Virus record (IMG/VR): IMGVR_UViG_3300036944_000550
Location: 32,536-96,535 of that record
Source: a virus
Strand: one strand, 5' to 3'
DNA: 64,000 nt
In this document: piece by piece, positions 16,948-28,878 of the stretch
Numbering within the stretch: position 1 is the stretch's first letter
How the letters are laid out: every line of letters starts with the position of its first letter
Program-made: the position numbers and the translations under genes
Notes under the pieces: generated by a model
What the model was told of the DNA's origin: nothing
The model's database searches: none
Seen by the model: the letters and a program-made list of their open reading frames with translations, nothing else

Positions 16948-18564
16948 TTAAAATTTTAGAATTGCTCTAATTTTCTCTACCTGATCTTCTTGACGAACGA
17001 TGAATTCTCTGTTATCCAGATATATAATTTCGCCTGTTTTGTTGTCAAGTTCAGGTTCTACCACACTATTTATAGTCAATCCAGTCAAAGATTGCGTAGT
17101 ATTACTGAGTATACTAGAAGATGTTATTATTGGTATTATAGGAAGAAGGTATATACTTTCCAATGAACCATCGTTGTTGGCATCAACCTTTTGAACGACA
17201 ATAAATTTACCGCCGCTGTCAGTTGTAATCACATCATCCAAGGCATAACTAGCAGGAGATGAAGTGTTAATAATGTAACAGCAGGTTCCCGTGGAATCTT
17301 GAAAATTATTATTAGTATCAAAAATTAATGGATTTTTAACCAATCCGATTTGTCGGAAATCATTATTCAGAAACAGATCAGCAGTGTCATTTGTTAAATT
17401 GACAGAGAATCCAACATTAGTTGCAAACAGTTCTTTTTGTGCATTCGCACCATGACCTGCTCTTGGTGAAATAACTGCAATTATACTAGCACCAGATCCT
17501 TCTACGCCATCAATAGTAATGTCAGCAAAAGAATAACCAGTACCACGATTTGTTATAGTAATTGAAAGAATTGCTCCATCATCTGGATCAATTTCTAGTG
17601 TTGCTTCTGCCCCAGAACCATCACCAATGATTCCAACCGATGCATCGTTTTCTTGGTAATCGATGCCGCCAGAAAGAATTTCTATGCGATCAATTGTTCC
17701 TGGAATAGCAGCATTCTCAACGTTTTGTTGCGCAGTACCAGACTCAGTAGCGCCCAAGGTGACAGAAGCCGCAGCACCAGATCCACCACCACCCGAGAAT
17801 GTGATGTACGCAAAACTATAACCTTCGCCTGGATTTGTCAGAGAAATATTTGTAAGAACTCCCGCACCAGAAACCGTAGCAGTTGCAACTGCACCAGTAC
17901 CATCACCATTTATGATAACTGTTGGTGCAGTTTCATATGAAGAACCAGTATTGGTAATAGTAATAGTGTCGATACGTCCATTAACATCAAATGCAGGATC
18001 ACCAGAACCTGCAATTTTTCTCACAGGGATAAATTCTGGTGTGAGAAACTTTGTCTTATCTGATGCCTCGACCTTAAACATAAACTTCCAGATATATCCA
18101 TCTGCTGTTTCAATCGCAGAAGTAGAAGTTCCTGTTGGTTTAGTGGTGCTTTGAGAATTACCATCATTGAAGATGCACTTATAAACATGGTCGTCATCAG
18201 TTAGCACATAAAATTCTGCATCTTTGAGCGATAGAGCACCACTGTTTGCAGCATATGCGTCACCATTCGCATCTAGTTCGCCATATTTGTCATCATACTG
18301 ATCATAAACTGTTCCTGACGCCCAGTTGATTCTAGGAATCATAAGAACTGTGTCGCTCGACTGAATACGTTTAACGAACAGCATGTTTCTATTTGACGTG
18401 TTCGCATAACGCACAGAATCTACTGGATCTTCGGGTGATTCTTCGTCATCCCATTCAGTTGTTCTGCCTACAAAGAAATAGTAGAAGTCGTTCTCGTTGT
18501 AAATATCACGATAAAGACTTCTTGCTATTTCTGTGCGACCTGCTGATCGTAAAAGAAGTGTCAT
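16948..18564 (-). CDS. gp8: Baseplate wedge subunit gp8
   Basis: IPRINWASGTVYDQY, FYVLTDDDHVYKCI, DGYIWKFMF, FRQIGLVKNP, GEIIYLDNR. Confidence 0.85.
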   Translation of the reverse strand: MTLLLRSAGRTEIARSLYRDIYNENDFYYFFVGRTTEWDDEESPEDPVDSVRYANTSNRNMLFVKRIQSSDTVLMIPRINWASGTVYDQYDDKYGELDANGDAYAANSGALSLKDAEFYVLTDDDHVYKCIFNDGNSQSTTKPTGTSTSAIETADGYIWKFMFKVEASDKTKFLTPEFIPVRKIAGSGDPAFDVNGRIDTITITNTGSSYETAPTVIINGDGTGAVATATVSGAGVLTNISLTNPGEGYSFAYITFSGGGGSGAAASVTLGATESGTAQQNVENAAIPGTIDRIEILSGGIDYQENDASVGIIGDGSGAEATLEIDPDDGAILSITITNRGTGYSFADITIDGVEGSGASIIAVISPRAGHGANAQKELFATNVGFSVNLTNDTADLFLNNDFRQIGLVKNPLIFDTNNNFQDSTGTCCYIINTSSPASYALDDVITTDSGGKFIVVQKVDANNDGSLESIYLLPIIPIITSSSILSNTTQSLTGLTINSVVEPELDNKTGEIIYLDNREFIVRQEDQVEKIRAILKF

Positions 18565-18570
18565 TTTATA

Positions 18571-19020
18571 TTACGAGATCGTAACCGTCCAAGTGATAGT
18601 CATGCTGTCTGATGCACCCTTGTTGATGACAGCAAATTCAGTGCGGCAAAGCATTGTTCCGCTGGTCAGAGCATTGAAGATACCTGCTTCAGTTACCGCA
18701 CCAGTACCTGCACCAGCACCAAACGTTGCAACATATTCAATTGCGTTTGCTGTTACCGTTGTTGAAGTCAAAGCAACACGTGCACCGAGTGCAGTTTCAA
18801 GAGCAGTATCACCTGCTGCTGGATTTGTTGTACCCGAACCAACACCCATGTGCGTCATAGCAGTAAGAGTGGTGTCTTTCATGCGCGAAGCAATATAAGC
18901 AAGACCAGTGTTAACAACAAGGTTAGGGACAGTTACTTCTTGAGTAACATTACCTGCTTCGTCGCGAAGAACGATGTTTAGTTCGCCCTTAGTACCTTTT
19001 ACGTTTTCGATTAGTTTCAT
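18571..19020 (-). CDS. Putative virion (tail/baseplate) structural protein
   Basis: NLVVNTG...MGVGSG...EAGIFNA...ITWTVTI module, preceded by a late promoter. Confidence 0.6.
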   Translation of the reverse strand: MKLIENVKGTKGELNIVLRDEAGNVTQEVTVPNLVVNTGLAYIASRMKDTTLTAMTHMGVGSGTTNPAAGDTALETALGARVALTSTTVTANAIEYVATFGAGAGTGAVTEAGIFNALTSGTMLCRTEFAVINKGASDSMTITWTVTIS

Positions 19021-19078
19021 TTGTTTTACCTTCTTCTTAGTTGAAAAACAGGTTAATTTATCACCTGAGTATAATGTA

Positions 19079-19086
19079 TATTTATA
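19079..19086 (-). promoter_or_regulatory. T4-type late promoter TATAAATA
   Basis: Exact consensus in the intergenic gap upstream of 19020. Confidence 0.75.
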
Positions 19087-19124
19087 TAGACTGCTTTTAT
19101 TTATTCGGGTTTTATATTGTTATT

Positions 19125-22100
19125 TTAGATATCAAACCGCCCACGAAGAGCAGTAAAGTTTTGTGTAATTTCTGCGTCCGATAAGGCACGATCGTAGATC
19201 ATTGCCACACCAATATTACCTTTGAAAAATCTACTACTATTGAGATCATCCCAACCAATTTTTATATCATCCAGAGTAGTGCTAGTATGAGATACAGTAT
19301 TGGTGGCAGAGGTAATTCCACTAGATTGGCACAAATATGCCTTTGCTGATGTGCTGGTAACGGAAACTGCAACCATGCACCATGTTGAATCTGGAATAAG
19401 TAGTCCACTATCCCATTGATAGGTATTAATGGCATTGTTCCAAGTATATGAAAGTTTATTGGTTGTACCGTAAACCGTTAATCCAGTAGCAGTTGCGCTT
19501 CTAGAATACATGATACCATCATAATCATCCTGAGGGCCGTTTCGTTTTATCCAGACTATAAAAGTTGCTGCCGATGTTGTAAGTGATCCTGAACATTGGA
19601 CATAGTCATTGGTACCATCAAACACGATGGACCCACCATCTGCACTGCTATATGTTGGTCCATTGGTTAATGTTCCACTGTGGTCACCACCACTCATATC
19701 AGTCCATGTAGTGCCAGTTCCTGAGTAACTTAGAGAGTTACCTGCATCAAGATTCAATATAGAATTGGGAACAGGGAATGATGAATTGGTGCCAGCAAAG
19801 GTCATGGACTGACCAACATAATCTGAACCGAAATCGCCTTCGATATAATTTTGAACGTTAATGATTCCATCTTCAGTAACTGCTACTGTTTCAAATATGC
19901 CTTTGAGTACATCTAAAAGCGATTGTTCAGTTGCTGCAATAGATTCTATTGTTTCAGAATCATTTGCGACGATTAATAATTCAGTGGCACCTGCATCATC
20001 AGTTTTAACCAGATAAGGAATTATGCCGATTGTATCAGTTGATGTAACGGAATCTGTCAAAGATTTATACAGATGGTTGAATGAAGTTTCAGTAGCATTT
20101 GCCTCATCTACATCAATTGCTTCATCATTACCAGGACGCTCTATACCTGCGCTGGTATATTCATGTGTGATCACAGATTCTGCAAACGTTCTATAATACT
20201 CTACAGTTCTGGTAAACGATTCGGTCGCAATAACAGCATCTTCACCTGCTATATGTTCGAATGTAGTTCCTCCGATAGAAAGATAATAACCAAATGGCAT
20301 TCCAAACCCAGAAACAATAGTAATAACACCTTCACTGTTGATACTAATAGTCATAGTATAAAGACCACCATCTTTAGTTATATCAAAGGTGGTACCGTAA
20401 AGTGCACTGGCGTTATCAAACGGAGTAACATAAGAAGGTGTTATTACTTTCGAAACTGCAAATACATTTGCTTCAGAAGTCGTTGCTGCTTCAGCAAGAA
20501 CCTTTGCGAAATCAAATTCAGTAGTATCTGCTGCGACATAATTCTCATCGAAGAAACCGCCTTCAGCGTATGGATCTTGGAGGAAAATAGATTCTTGTAG
20601 AACCTTATCAAAATCAGTAATTGCATTTTCAGCAGTAATTGTTGTTTCGTTTACTTCTCTGACATATTGAACAACACGATCAAACACATCCAGTGTTTCT
20701 GTAGTATCATCTTCCGTTCCATAGATACCAACAGTAAAATCAAGAGTTGTTATATCTGCCACTGTAGCAGCATCAGCCAATACCTTAAAGACATGACTGC
20801 TATTTGCCTCTGCTACTGTTGCAGAGTCAGTAAGAACTTTTCTAAAGTTTACTGCATAATAGAACGTATCAGCAGACAATTCTTCAAGCACAAACTCATA
20901 GATATGCAGAGGTTGTATTGGTGTTGTAATGAATTGATTGAAGTCAACCGTCTGCTCAATGGTAAGTTCACCGAAGATAGCAGTACCTGCTGGGTGAGTA
21001 GTATTCTTGACAATATCCAACCATTTATTGGATGGAACATTTGAACGAACAACATATGAGTAGTTTTGATAGTAGAAGTTATCTTGTAGTTTGTTGACAT
21101 TCGACAACATACCACGCGAGTCTCTAAATCTGCCTGTCTTAACGTTTACTGCACCCGTGGTAAACGACAGAGTAGCAGTACATCCAAGTGCTGATTCTAT
21201 ATCTACTGTGAATGATTCGCGCTCGAAGTCAAATCCAGTATCGAAAATACTAACTGCGGTAGGACAACCATCAACATCAATCGCATCAATTCGAATTGAT
21301 GCCTTGTTATCTCTACCAACAAGAGTATACGGATTCAGCGTAGTGTCAGTTTCATTATATTTGTTTAAAAAGTATCCAGAACTGCTTGACGTTGTAGTAA
21401 CATATGTCAGACCTGTCAACGTACCAGGAGTCGTTGTTATAATACTGCCCGCAGATGTTGTTAAGGTAAACCCAGTAACATTCGGTGATACACCAGTTAC
21501 TGCAGAAACTTTATAGACAGTTCCTGTCGTGTATCCAGTAATAGTTCCTGTGCCTCCACGAGTACCAGTAATTGTTACAGTACTATTAACTGCAAGTGTT
21601 GATGGTCCACAAGTAAATTGACCCTCGGTCCCAGAAACAGCAACAGTTGCTGCAAGAGTTCCAGTTGTCCCTGAATTAAATTCTACAGTATATGAACCTA
21701 CTGATCCAGATTCATCGATCGAGTAAATATCGCCGACTGAGAATCCGCATGGTGGTGTCCCAGAACAATCAATAACATCAACAGTTGAAAGTTGACGAAC
21801 AACATACCCATACAGGGTTGTCGTAGTTCCAGAAACTATCTCAACCTTAGTTCGTATTGCTTCTGTGGAAAACGTAACAGCAGGCGCTGTTGAATATCCA
21901 GATCCACCGTTTGTAACTATTACGTGTGATATTTCACCAGTATCTGTCAGGATTGTTCTAGCAGTTGCAGATGTTCCTGTCGCTGAGGTAAATTGTACTG
22001 CAGGTGCTGCAAAATATCCATTACCACCATCAGTAACAGGTTCATAAAGTCTATTATTTCCTGGATCTGCAGGTGCAATATTAATCCCAGTACCCAGTGT

Positions 22101-23255
22101 TGCATTATTTGCAGATAATGCTAATTTTATTTGGTTGGAATTTACAACAATTACGTAATATATTGCATACTCTGTTAATCCGCCGACAACATGTCCTGTG
22201 CCTCTAGTATATATTACAATATCACCAGTAGAATAACCGTGACTGTTTATTGTAATTATATTCGTGGCATCATTTACGCCTGTTGATGAGTTGAATTCCT
22301 TATACGCATCACCAACAATTGCCTTTACTTGACCACCAGAAACTAAAGCATTCGCAGAAGCGCCAGCGCCTGGAACTAAAATTCGTGCAGTTTTAGGTAA
22401 ACTTGTCACCAACTCATACACGGCAGGGAAAACATATGCGAATTTAGTTACATTGCTTATGTTAGTTTCAACAGTTCGTTCATATGTTACTGATGAGACA
22501 TTCTCATAATATGTAATTTTGACTGTTTTGCTGTTTAGGTCGAATGGATTTGCTGTGATAGATGAATCAACTGCAAGTTTTAATGTTATGTCTTCAATCC
22601 AGATACCATCAGATGCACGAAGCACCTGTTCAGATGGATAAAAGATTTCTGTACGTTCATTGTATAAGATTCTAAAGAGAAGTTCAATTGCCTTCTCAGA
22701 ACCCTTTGCTTCATAGAACTGCTTGATGAATTTGATTAATCTTCTGTCATCAATCTGCGCAGTAAGCGGAAAGTTCTGTGCATACTGGTTCTTAAACTTG
22801 GGGAGGAATGTATCAAGTGTTCTGTTAATATCGAAATTCTTCTCGTAGTTGAGAAGGAAATTGTTTACCTGATTTTCTTCATCTAAAAACTCATAATATT
22901 TTTCTAGGAACGTAATGAATACAGGATACTCGACACGAACGAAATCTGGAAGTTGGTTTGCAATAAGATGACTTAATGATTGCTTGAAACCATTGTAGGC
23001 ATCATCAATATACACCATGTTCGCAGTTGCTGCCGCACCAGATCCACTACCACCTGAAAATGTAATTGTTGGCGGTGAAAGATAATTATAACCAGCAGAT
23101 GTCAAAGTAATTGCAGTAACTTTACCAGAAGAAACTGTAGCAGTTGCTGTAGCATTTCCGCTGATTGTAACTGTTGGCGCAGAGGTATAACCTGATCCAC
23201 CATCAGTGACAGTTACACTAGCAACCTTCTTATAATATGAGGTGGTTTCGGTCAT
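19125..23255 (-). CDS. gp7: Baseplate wedge subunit gp7-like, with accessory domains and a C-terminal LamG/ConA-like domain
   Basis: [54 protein letters not shown]-terminal [11 protein letters not shown]...FDGTNDY...[11 protein letters not shown]. Confidence 0.75.
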   Translation of the reverse strand: MTETTSYYKKVASVTVTDGGSGYTSAPTVTISGNATATATVSSGKVTAITLTSAGYNYLSPPTITFSGGSGSGAAATANMVYIDDAYNGFKQSLSHLIANQLPDFVRVEYPVFITFLEKYYEFLDEENQVNNFLLNYEKNFDINRTLDTFLPKFKNQYAQNFPLTAQIDDRRLIKFIKQFYEAKGSEKAIELLFRILYNERTEIFYPSEQVLRASDGIWIEDITLKLAVDSSITANPFDLNSKTVKITYYENVSSVTYERTVETNISNVTKFAYVFPAVYELVTSLPKTARILVPGAGASANALVSGGQVKAIVGDAYKEFNSSTGVNDATNIITINSHGYSTGDIVIYTRGTGHVVGGLTEYAIYYVIVVNSNQIKLALSANNATLGTGINIAPADPGNNRLYEPVTDGGNGYFAAPAVQFTSATGTSATARTILTDTGEISHVIVTNGGSGYSTAPAVTFSTEAIRTKVEIVSGTTTTLYGYVVRQLSTVDVIDCSGTPPCGFSVGDIYSIDESGSVGSYTVEFNSGTTGTLAATVAVSGTEGQFTCGPSTLAVNSTVTITGTRGGTGTITGYTTGTVYKVSAVTGVSPNVTGFTLTTSAGSIITTTPGTLTGLTYVTTTSSSSGYFLNKYNETDTTLNPYTLVGRDNKASIRIDAIDVDGCPTAVSIFDTGFDFERESFTVDIESALGCTATLSFTTGAVNVKTGRFRDSRGMLSNVNKLQDNFYYQNYSYVVRSNVPSNKWLDIVKNTTHPAGTAIFGELTIEQTVDFNQFITTPIQPLHIYEFVLEELSADTFYYAVNFRKVLTDSATVAEANSSHVFKVLADAATVADITTLDFTVGIYGTEDDTTETLDVFDRVVQYVREVNETTITAENAITDFDKVLQESIFLQDPYAEGGFFDENYVAADTTEFDFAKVLAEAATTSEANVFAVSKVITPSYVTPFDNASALYGTTFDITKDGGLYTMTISINSEGVITIVSGFGMPFGYYLSIGGTTFEHIAGEDAVIATESFTRTVEYYRTFAESVITHEYTSAGIERPGNDEAIDVDEANATETSFNHLYKSLTDSVTSTDTIGIIPYLVKTDDAGATELLIVANDSETIESIAATEQSLLDVLKGIFETVAVTEDGIINVQNYIEGDFGSDYVGQSMTFAGTNSSFPVPNSILNLDAGNSLSYSGTGTTWTDMSGGDHSGTLTNGPTYSSADGGSIVFDGTNDYVQCSGSLTTSAATFIVWIKRNGPQDDYDGIMYSRSATATGLTVYGTTNKLSYTWNNAINTYQWDSGLLIPDSTWCMVAVSVTSTSAKAYLCQSSGITSATNTVSHTSTTLDDIKIGWDDLNSSRFFKGNIGVAMIYDRALSDAEITQNFTALRGRFDI
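21390..21668 (-). repeat. Second copy of the ~92-codon module
   Basis: See 11552-11830. Confidence 0.9.
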
Positions 23256-23258
23256 TTA

Positions 23259-25139
23259 TTATTCTTGCGAATTAGCAACTGCAGTAATCGACAGACCTGC
23301 AGGAATATTTGTAACTGAATTTGCTGCACTAGTATCCAATGTTAACACAGTATTTCTAGCAGCATAAGGAAAAACCGCTGCCGTCGAAGAAGTGGTAGTA
23401 GATGTTAAGTCTGTTGTTAAAATATTTGGAGCATCACCAAAAGGTTCAACATAGATTCTCAATTCTGTTTCCAAATCAATTAAAAGATCTGTGATAGTTA
23501 CAACACCCGTAGTGTAATCAACGCTTCCAGTGTTAGATAGAACAATTGTGTCATCAGAAACCCTCTTCATTACAAGAGTTCCAATGTCACCAACTGTTAT
23601 ATCATGCTGATCCGTTATATAAACATCATAGTTTTGTGTGCCAATAGTTGTATTAAAAGTCGTCGTTTTCAGAGTTTCAATTTCAAGCGGACCATTAAAT
23701 CTTATTACATAATCTTCAGCAACTCCTGCAAATATTGGTATTCTTTTGTGCATCAAAACTTGGATACTGGAAGAGAAAATAGACTGGGTTGTTCCAACAA
23801 CTGCAGAAAGCAATTTAGAATAATAAAAGTTTTTCTGTAGTTTGTTAACATTATTTGTGAAGAAACTTTCAATTACTGTTCTAACCTCAGATTCAATTCT
23901 CGAGGAAGTTAATGACGTAATTGTTTTGTTGTAGTTGACTGAAATGTTCAACCCGATGTATGTTACGATTGGGTCGACGAACTCGGGTTGAATCGAAACA
24001 ACACTTCTTGGTCGAATAATATCTCTAGCGATAATGTCCTTATCTGCTTGGGAGACAATCGATCCAGGTAGTGGTTGAATAGATATAAATACCTTACCGT
24101 AAATAGGAGGATTGTTTTCTTCACCACCCCAAACAGCAATAGAATTGATGTTACCAAATCTGGATCTGATCAATGTCTCGTAGTCATCAGAAGTGACAAC
24201 ACGATTTTTAGTAGAATTAAATTTGGGAGCATTATAACGAATACTGTCAACACTTTCCTTTTCGCGACCACCCGTCGCAGCAGATCCAAGATAGACTACT
24301 TTAGACTCCCCAGATGCAGTAAAAGTTTTTGATGGTGAAAAGTTAGGAATAGAGTTCGCTGCTGATCCACTGCTAACAATATAATCGATGCTAACAATAT
24401 TACCAACTTGCAGTTGCTGTCCGATAATATCATCACCAAATCTTACTTCATATAATCCTGATGGACCTTCTTCAATAAAGAATGCCTTTGTAGTTTCATC
24501 GACTTCCATGATGTCATCATAGAAATTCCACGTTACAGTTGTTGTGACTGTGGATGATGTCTGCACTCTTACTCTAACAGTAGTAGTATCAATATTTACA
24601 TTCGGTAGAACAAATGGACCAGACTTATTAGATTGATCAACAATGAACGTATTAGTTACTCGCTTACCTTCAATCAGTTCCATCGGGAAAGTAAATCCTG
24701 TTTGTCCAGTTTCAAGAGTTACTAGTCCAGAAACATAGTCCTCTTTCGGAAAGAAAGTATATGTGTTCTTTGCTGTCTTTGCAGTGAACGGTGTATCACG
24801 TAATATAGTTAAACTTGTATTGGTAAACGTAACAGGCGGATCAATCTGCAATGTTATATTGGCGCGAGCAGATTTTCTAGAAGTCGGCGTATAACCTAAT
24901 GTTTTCGCAATAGATGTGACTGAATTTCTCTTGACTGCACTATCAATAAACATTTCATTTGCTTGAAGGTGTGCAAGAGTTGCATTATAATGTGTATTAT
25001 ATGCAAGAATATCAAGAAGTATCGTGAGACCTGCGCCATCAAAGTTGTAATCTTGGAACTCCTCTTGCGATTGCATGAAGGTTTTTAGATTTTCCTTGAT
25101 AGTTGCGAAATCTAATTCAGTTACATTAAGTTGTGACAT
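23259..25139 (-). CDS. gp6: Baseplate wedge subunit gp6
   Basis: ELDFATIKENL, DYNFDG, LDILAYNTHY, ESVDSIRYNAP, RVVTSDDY, VWGGEENNPPIYGKVFI. Confidence 0.92.
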   Translation of the reverse strand: MSQLNVTELDFATIKENLKTFMQSQEEFQDYNFDGAGLTILLDILAYNTHYNATLAHLQANEMFIDSAVKRNSVTSIAKTLGYTPTSRKSARANITLQIDPPVTFTNTSLTILRDTPFTAKTAKNTYTFFPKEDYVSGLVTLETGQTGFTFPMELIEGKRVTNTFIVDQSNKSGPFVLPNVNIDTTTVRVRVQTSSTVTTTVTWNFYDDIMEVDETTKAFFIEEGPSGLYEVRFGDDIIGQQLQVGNIVSIDYIVSSGSAANSIPNFSPSKTFTASGESKVVYLGSAATGGREKESVDSIRYNAPKFNSTKNRVVTSDDYETLIRSRFGNINSIAVWGGEENNPPIYGKVFISIQPLPGSIVSQADKDIIARDIIRPRSVVSIQPEFVDPIVTYIGLNISVNYNKTITSLTSSRIESEVRTVIESFFTNNVNKLQKNFYYSKLLSAVVGTTQSIFSSSIQVLMHKRIPIFAGVAEDYVIRFNGPLEIETLKTTTFNTTIGTQNYDVYITDQHDITVGDIGTLVMKRVSDDTIVLSNTGSVDYTTGVVTITDLLIDLETELRIYVEPFGDAPNILTTDLTSTTTSSTAAVFPYAARNTVLTLDTSAANSVTNIPAGLSITAVANSQE

Positions 25140-25140
25140 C

Positions 25141-25539
25141 TTATCTACTTCTTCTTAGAACAGTTGAAAATGAAACGGGATCCGGAATCCCGACAACATA
25201 AAAATAAATGGAGACATTAAATGCATTCTGATCAAAGAGCGGCACAACATCTATTTGTTGTGCTCTAACTCGCGGTTCATACTTATTAATTAATAACTCT
25301 AATCTTAATTTTAAAGAGTTAGCAGTAACAATATCAACATTCTCAAACATCATACCGTAGATCGGAGAACCAATCTTGGGTTGGAATGGTCTTTCGTAAA
25401 AGTTCGTAAGAACGAGAACTTTTAGTGCCTGTTTTACAGCATTGACATCAAACTTTCTCGCAACGTCACCCGTAATTGGATGCATTGCGAAGGATAAGTC
25501 TAGATCCGAATAGATTCTGTTTACTGTTTTTGTTGTCAT
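25141..25539 (-). CDS. gp25: Baseplate wedge subunit gp25
   Basis: YSDLDLSF..HPITGD, AVKQAL, ERPFQP.IGS, YEPRV. Confidence 0.92.
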   Translation of the reverse strand: MTTKTVNRIYSDLDLSFAMHPITGDVARKFDVNAVKQALKVLVLTNFYERPFQPKIGSPIYGMMFENVDIVTANSLKLRLELLINKYEPRVRAQQIDVVPLFDQNAFNVSIYFYVVGIPDPVSFSTVLRRSR

Positions 25540-25544
25540 ATAGT

Positions 25545-25552
25545 TATTTATA
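25545..25552 (-). promoter_or_regulatory. T4-type late promoter TATAAATA, 5 nt before the gp25 ATG
   Basis: Exact consensus. Confidence 0.75.
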
Positions 25553-25554
25553 TG

Positions 25555-28500
25555 TTACCAAGGAGTGAATTTACCAGGACTTATAATTTTAGTACTACCA
25601 TTAGACTGTAATTTAGCGGTTCCGTTCGCAGTTCCGCTTCGTTTCTGTCCATTGTAAAGAACCCAACCAATATGAATCCATGCTGTTTTTCCACTCGCAG
25701 TTTCTAAGAGAATTTGATCACATTTCGGTAAAGAAGTTGCAATGTAATTTGCGATTTCAATCATCTTTTTACGATTATCTGCAAATCCCCACTGAATATC
25801 TACTGCGGCATATCTATGTGCACTTTTCGTATCATGTCGGAAACCAGAGTTGATTCTAAAACCTGGATATCTTTCTCTCAATGGTTCTAGGATGTTCAAG
25901 CACAAACATCTATAATTTTGAATAATATCCCATTGACTGATTACACCCGACCCACCCTTCAAAGATCTTGGATATGAAATAAATTGACTCAACTTACGAG
26001 GGTAGAATGCCTTTGAAAAGAAATCATCCAAAACATAATTATCAGACAATTGAATGTTGCCTGAAATTTTACCACCACCAAGTGCAGGCATTGGTTTCTT
26101 AGTTTTGTAGAAGATATTACATCCAGGAATAGCATCAGGAACCTTGCCGAAATCACCAGTTACCGCAGAACTACCATCATCTGCCGCTGTTCCTGGACCT
26201 CCTGGTTGCGATGGATCTGACTTATCGACACAATCTTCAGTACCACTATCTGGTTCATCTGGTACGTCATTCTCAGTATTATCCGGAACACCTTGTGATC
26301 CACCACTTACGTTTGCTGCTGCAGCACCGCCGACATATTGTGATTTACCAGTTACAGATTTACTGACAGGTTTTTCAACAGTCTTGATAGTTGACAATGG
26401 AGCAGCGACTGCACATACAGCTTCTGCAGCAGAAGCTGGTTCGGTCACAGATGCCGTTGTAGTTCCAGCAACTGGTAGATTATGTGTACTTCCACCATTG
26501 GTGCCAGTGTCTGTTCCAGTTGCCCGAAGATTGGTACTACCAGCATTCAGAGTTGTTACATTTACTGTGGTTACGTCAAGAGTTGGAGTGTCAATCGGCG
26601 AAGAAGTTACAAGAGGTGCCTTTAGACTGATATTACCTGCACCTTCAACATTAACAGCAGCACCAGATTTTATTTCAGTTGCTGCACCTGATTTAGTTTT
26701 TATTGCTGCATCAGTGCATAAGTTTGTATCGCCTGTTGAATGATTGAAGAATGACCCTGCCGATTTAATATGAGTATCCGCTTTAGAGGTGACATTAACA
26801 CCTGCATCAGAGGTCAAATTAAACTTGCCTGTGACATCGGTTGTGAAATTGCCTTTCGAATCAATGTCGATATCACCAACATTTTCTAGAGACATTAATC
26901 CACCATTTCTTGCATAAATTCCATCGGCAACAGATAATGATAATCTACCCGCGATGTTAACGTCGACATCATTATGAATGTCCATAGAGACTTTACCATG
27001 CATTGTCAAATTTGTGTCGCTCATGATGATCACATTACAGTTTCCAGCAACGTGCACATTCGCCATACCTTCTATTAAAATGTATCCATTCTTGTCTAGA
27101 ATTGTGTATCCATCACCAACAATCTTAGTTACTTTGGTTCCGTTCGGTCCAATCTCGTCAAATGTTCCGGATCTATGTGCCCAGTTAAGTCTTTCAGAAC
27201 CAGGAGTGTCATCAATTTCCATAGCATGACCTGATTCAGAACCAAACACTTTATTGAATGGATATTGTGCATTATATGGTGATTCTGGTTGCGCCCAAGT
27301 AACACCATTTCTGCCTGCTGTTTGGACTTCACGTTTTCGAGATGCATTTCTTGCAGCAGGGGATGCTCCTGCGCTTAATGTTTCCCTATTCCCCGAAGAA
27401 CTCTTAGGACTCTTACCAATTTGGGGAGAGTTTACACCTGTTGCTAACGGATTTGTATCAGGTTTATTTACTGATGATCTTAATGGATATACGCTGGTAG
27501 GATCTTTAAACCCCTTCGTGTCATCTTGTTGAGATGCAGGCAATACATCTGTGTTTTTGGGTTGATTGTTTGATCTGAAAGTATCAATTGAATTGTCAGT
27601 ATTAACTTGGTCGCTTACTGCAGCATTTTGTACCTGAGTTGATGGTGTGAATGATACATCGGGTTCTTCTGGTTTGACTTCAAGTGCTATCTTCTCAGAT
27701 GTTGTTTCTTTAGTTCGCAGAGTTCCATCTGCATTCACAGTTTCAACAACAGTAGTCTTAGTTCCATCAGGATTAGTTATTGCTGTTGTTGTTATGGTGT
27801 TACCAGCAGCGTCGAAAATTGATGTTATTGTTGGATCAATAATATTGAGTTGTTTTTTAATTGGAGCAATATCTGTTTCAAAAGAATCAACAATCTGCGT
27901 CTTTGCAGATTGTAGAAGTTGGTATTTTTCTTCAAGTCCAGTAATTTTTGCTGCTTGAATTACTTTATCTAATTGTGCAGTAAGACTTGTGATAGACACT
28001 GGTCTTGATACTGCAATTTCTTTACCATCATATAAAAATCTGCCTGCAATATCAGTTCCTGCTGCTACATATTCTATTACGAGACTTCCAATAGTATTTT
28101 CTACTGCCGCCAACCCACCTTCGATTGGAGGCAGAACAGGAACATCTGGTTTCGCCACACTAATTTCTAATGGGGTAGCAGTAACAGAGTTATACCCAAT
28201 GTCATACCAATACTTTGATGTAATACCTGAAGTATCTTTTTTGATAATACCATTAGCATAATTTGCTGCAGTATCATAGTTGATACATAATGCTACTGAT
28301 AGTAATCCAGCAACAATATCCTTATCAGTTGAATCGTTTATTATTCTTGCATTATACAGCAGACTGTAAATGAAATTTAAATAAGCATATGCGATTTCGT
28401 CTTGGTATGATTTATTTGAAAGGATGTCAAATGCTGTTTCTATGCGTACATTGACAGGAATTCCAGTAAGCGCATAAGTCAAGAAATAATATTGGGCGCT

Positions 28501-28875
28501 ATTTTTTGCTTCGATTTTAGATTCAGCAAAATCTAACTGGGTACCATATTTTTCTTTTGCTGCTTCATAGTATGATTTTCGTGTTTCTAACTTTTCTGGA
28601 CCCTCTGGGCGATCAATTAATGTATTGTCAATATAATCTCTAGCAAGGATACCAAGCCAACTCGCATCAATTAGTTGATTGATTGTTAATCTGTATGCAC
28701 CATACTCGCCACCATCGTGAACCTTCGACCATATATCCTTGCTTCCTGCTACAGGATATTGCTCTTTGATTGCATTCTGGCACGCAATAAGAAGTTTTGA
28801 GATATCTTCTGGAGTCAAACTCCCAATATCTGTGCTAAAACTTTCTAATGTAGTTTCATATGTCATAGTAATCAT
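25555..28875 (-). CDS. gp5: gp5 C-terminal part: lysozyme-like N-domain, gp5 beta-helix spike and C-terminal M15-family Zn peptidase
   Basis: YPFNKVFGSESGHAMEIDDTPGSERL...HRSGT gp5 signature and beta-helix repeats; INSGFR..SAH..AVDI..WIHIG M15 motif. Confidence 0.75.
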   Translation of the reverse strand: MITMTYETTLESFSTDIGSLTPEDISKLLIACQNAIKEQYPVAGSKDIWSKVHDGGEYGAYRLTINQLIDASWLGILARDYIDNTLIDRPEGPEKLETRKSYYEAAKEKYGTQLDFAESKIEAKNSAQYYFLTYALTGIPVNVRIETAFDILSNKSYQDEIAYAYLNFIYSLLYNARIINDSTDKDIVAGLLSVALCINYDTAANYANGIIKKDTSGITSKYWYDIGYNSVTATPLEISVAKPDVPVLPPIEGGLAAVENTIGSLVIEYVAAGTDIAGRFLYDGKEIAVSRPVSITSLTAQLDKVIQAAKITGLEEKYQLLQSAKTQIVDSFETDIAPIKKQLNIIDPTITSIFDAAGNTITTTAITNPDGTKTTVVETVNADGTLRTKETTSEKIALEVKPEEPDVSFTPSTQVQNAAVSDQVNTDNSIDTFRSNNQPKNTDVLPASQQDDTKGFKDPTSVYPLRSSVNKPDTNPLATGVNSPQIGKSPKSSSGNRETLSAGASPAARNASRKREVQTAGRNGVTWAQPESPYNAQYPFNKVFGSESGHAMEIDDTPGSERLNWAHRSGTFDEIGPNGTKVTKIVGDGYTILDKNGYILIEGMANVHVAGNCNVIIMSDTNLTMHGKVSMDIHNDVDVNIAGRLSLSVADGIYARNGGLMSLENVGDIDIDSKGNFTTDVTGKFNLTSDAGVNVTSKADTHIKSAGSFFNHSTGDTNLCTDAAIKTKSGAATEIKSGAAVNVEGAGNISLKAPLVTSSPIDTPTLDVTTVNVTTLNAGSTNLRATGTDTGTNGGSTHNLPVAGTTTASVTEPASAAEAVCAVAAPLSTIKTVEKPVSKSVTGKSQYVGGAAAANVSGGSQGVPDNTENDVPDEPDSGTEDCVDKSDPSQPGGPGTAADDGSSAVTGDFGKVPDAIPGCNIFYKTKKPMPALGGGKISGNIQLSDNYVLDDFFSKAFYPRKLSQFISYPRSLKGGSGVISQWDIIQNYRCLCLNILEPLRERYPGFRINSGFRHDTKSAHRYAAVDIQWGFADNRKKMIEIANYIATSLPKCDQILLETASGKTAWIHIGWVLYNGQKRSGTANGTAKLQSNGSTKIISPGKFTPW

Positions 28876-28878
28876 TGG

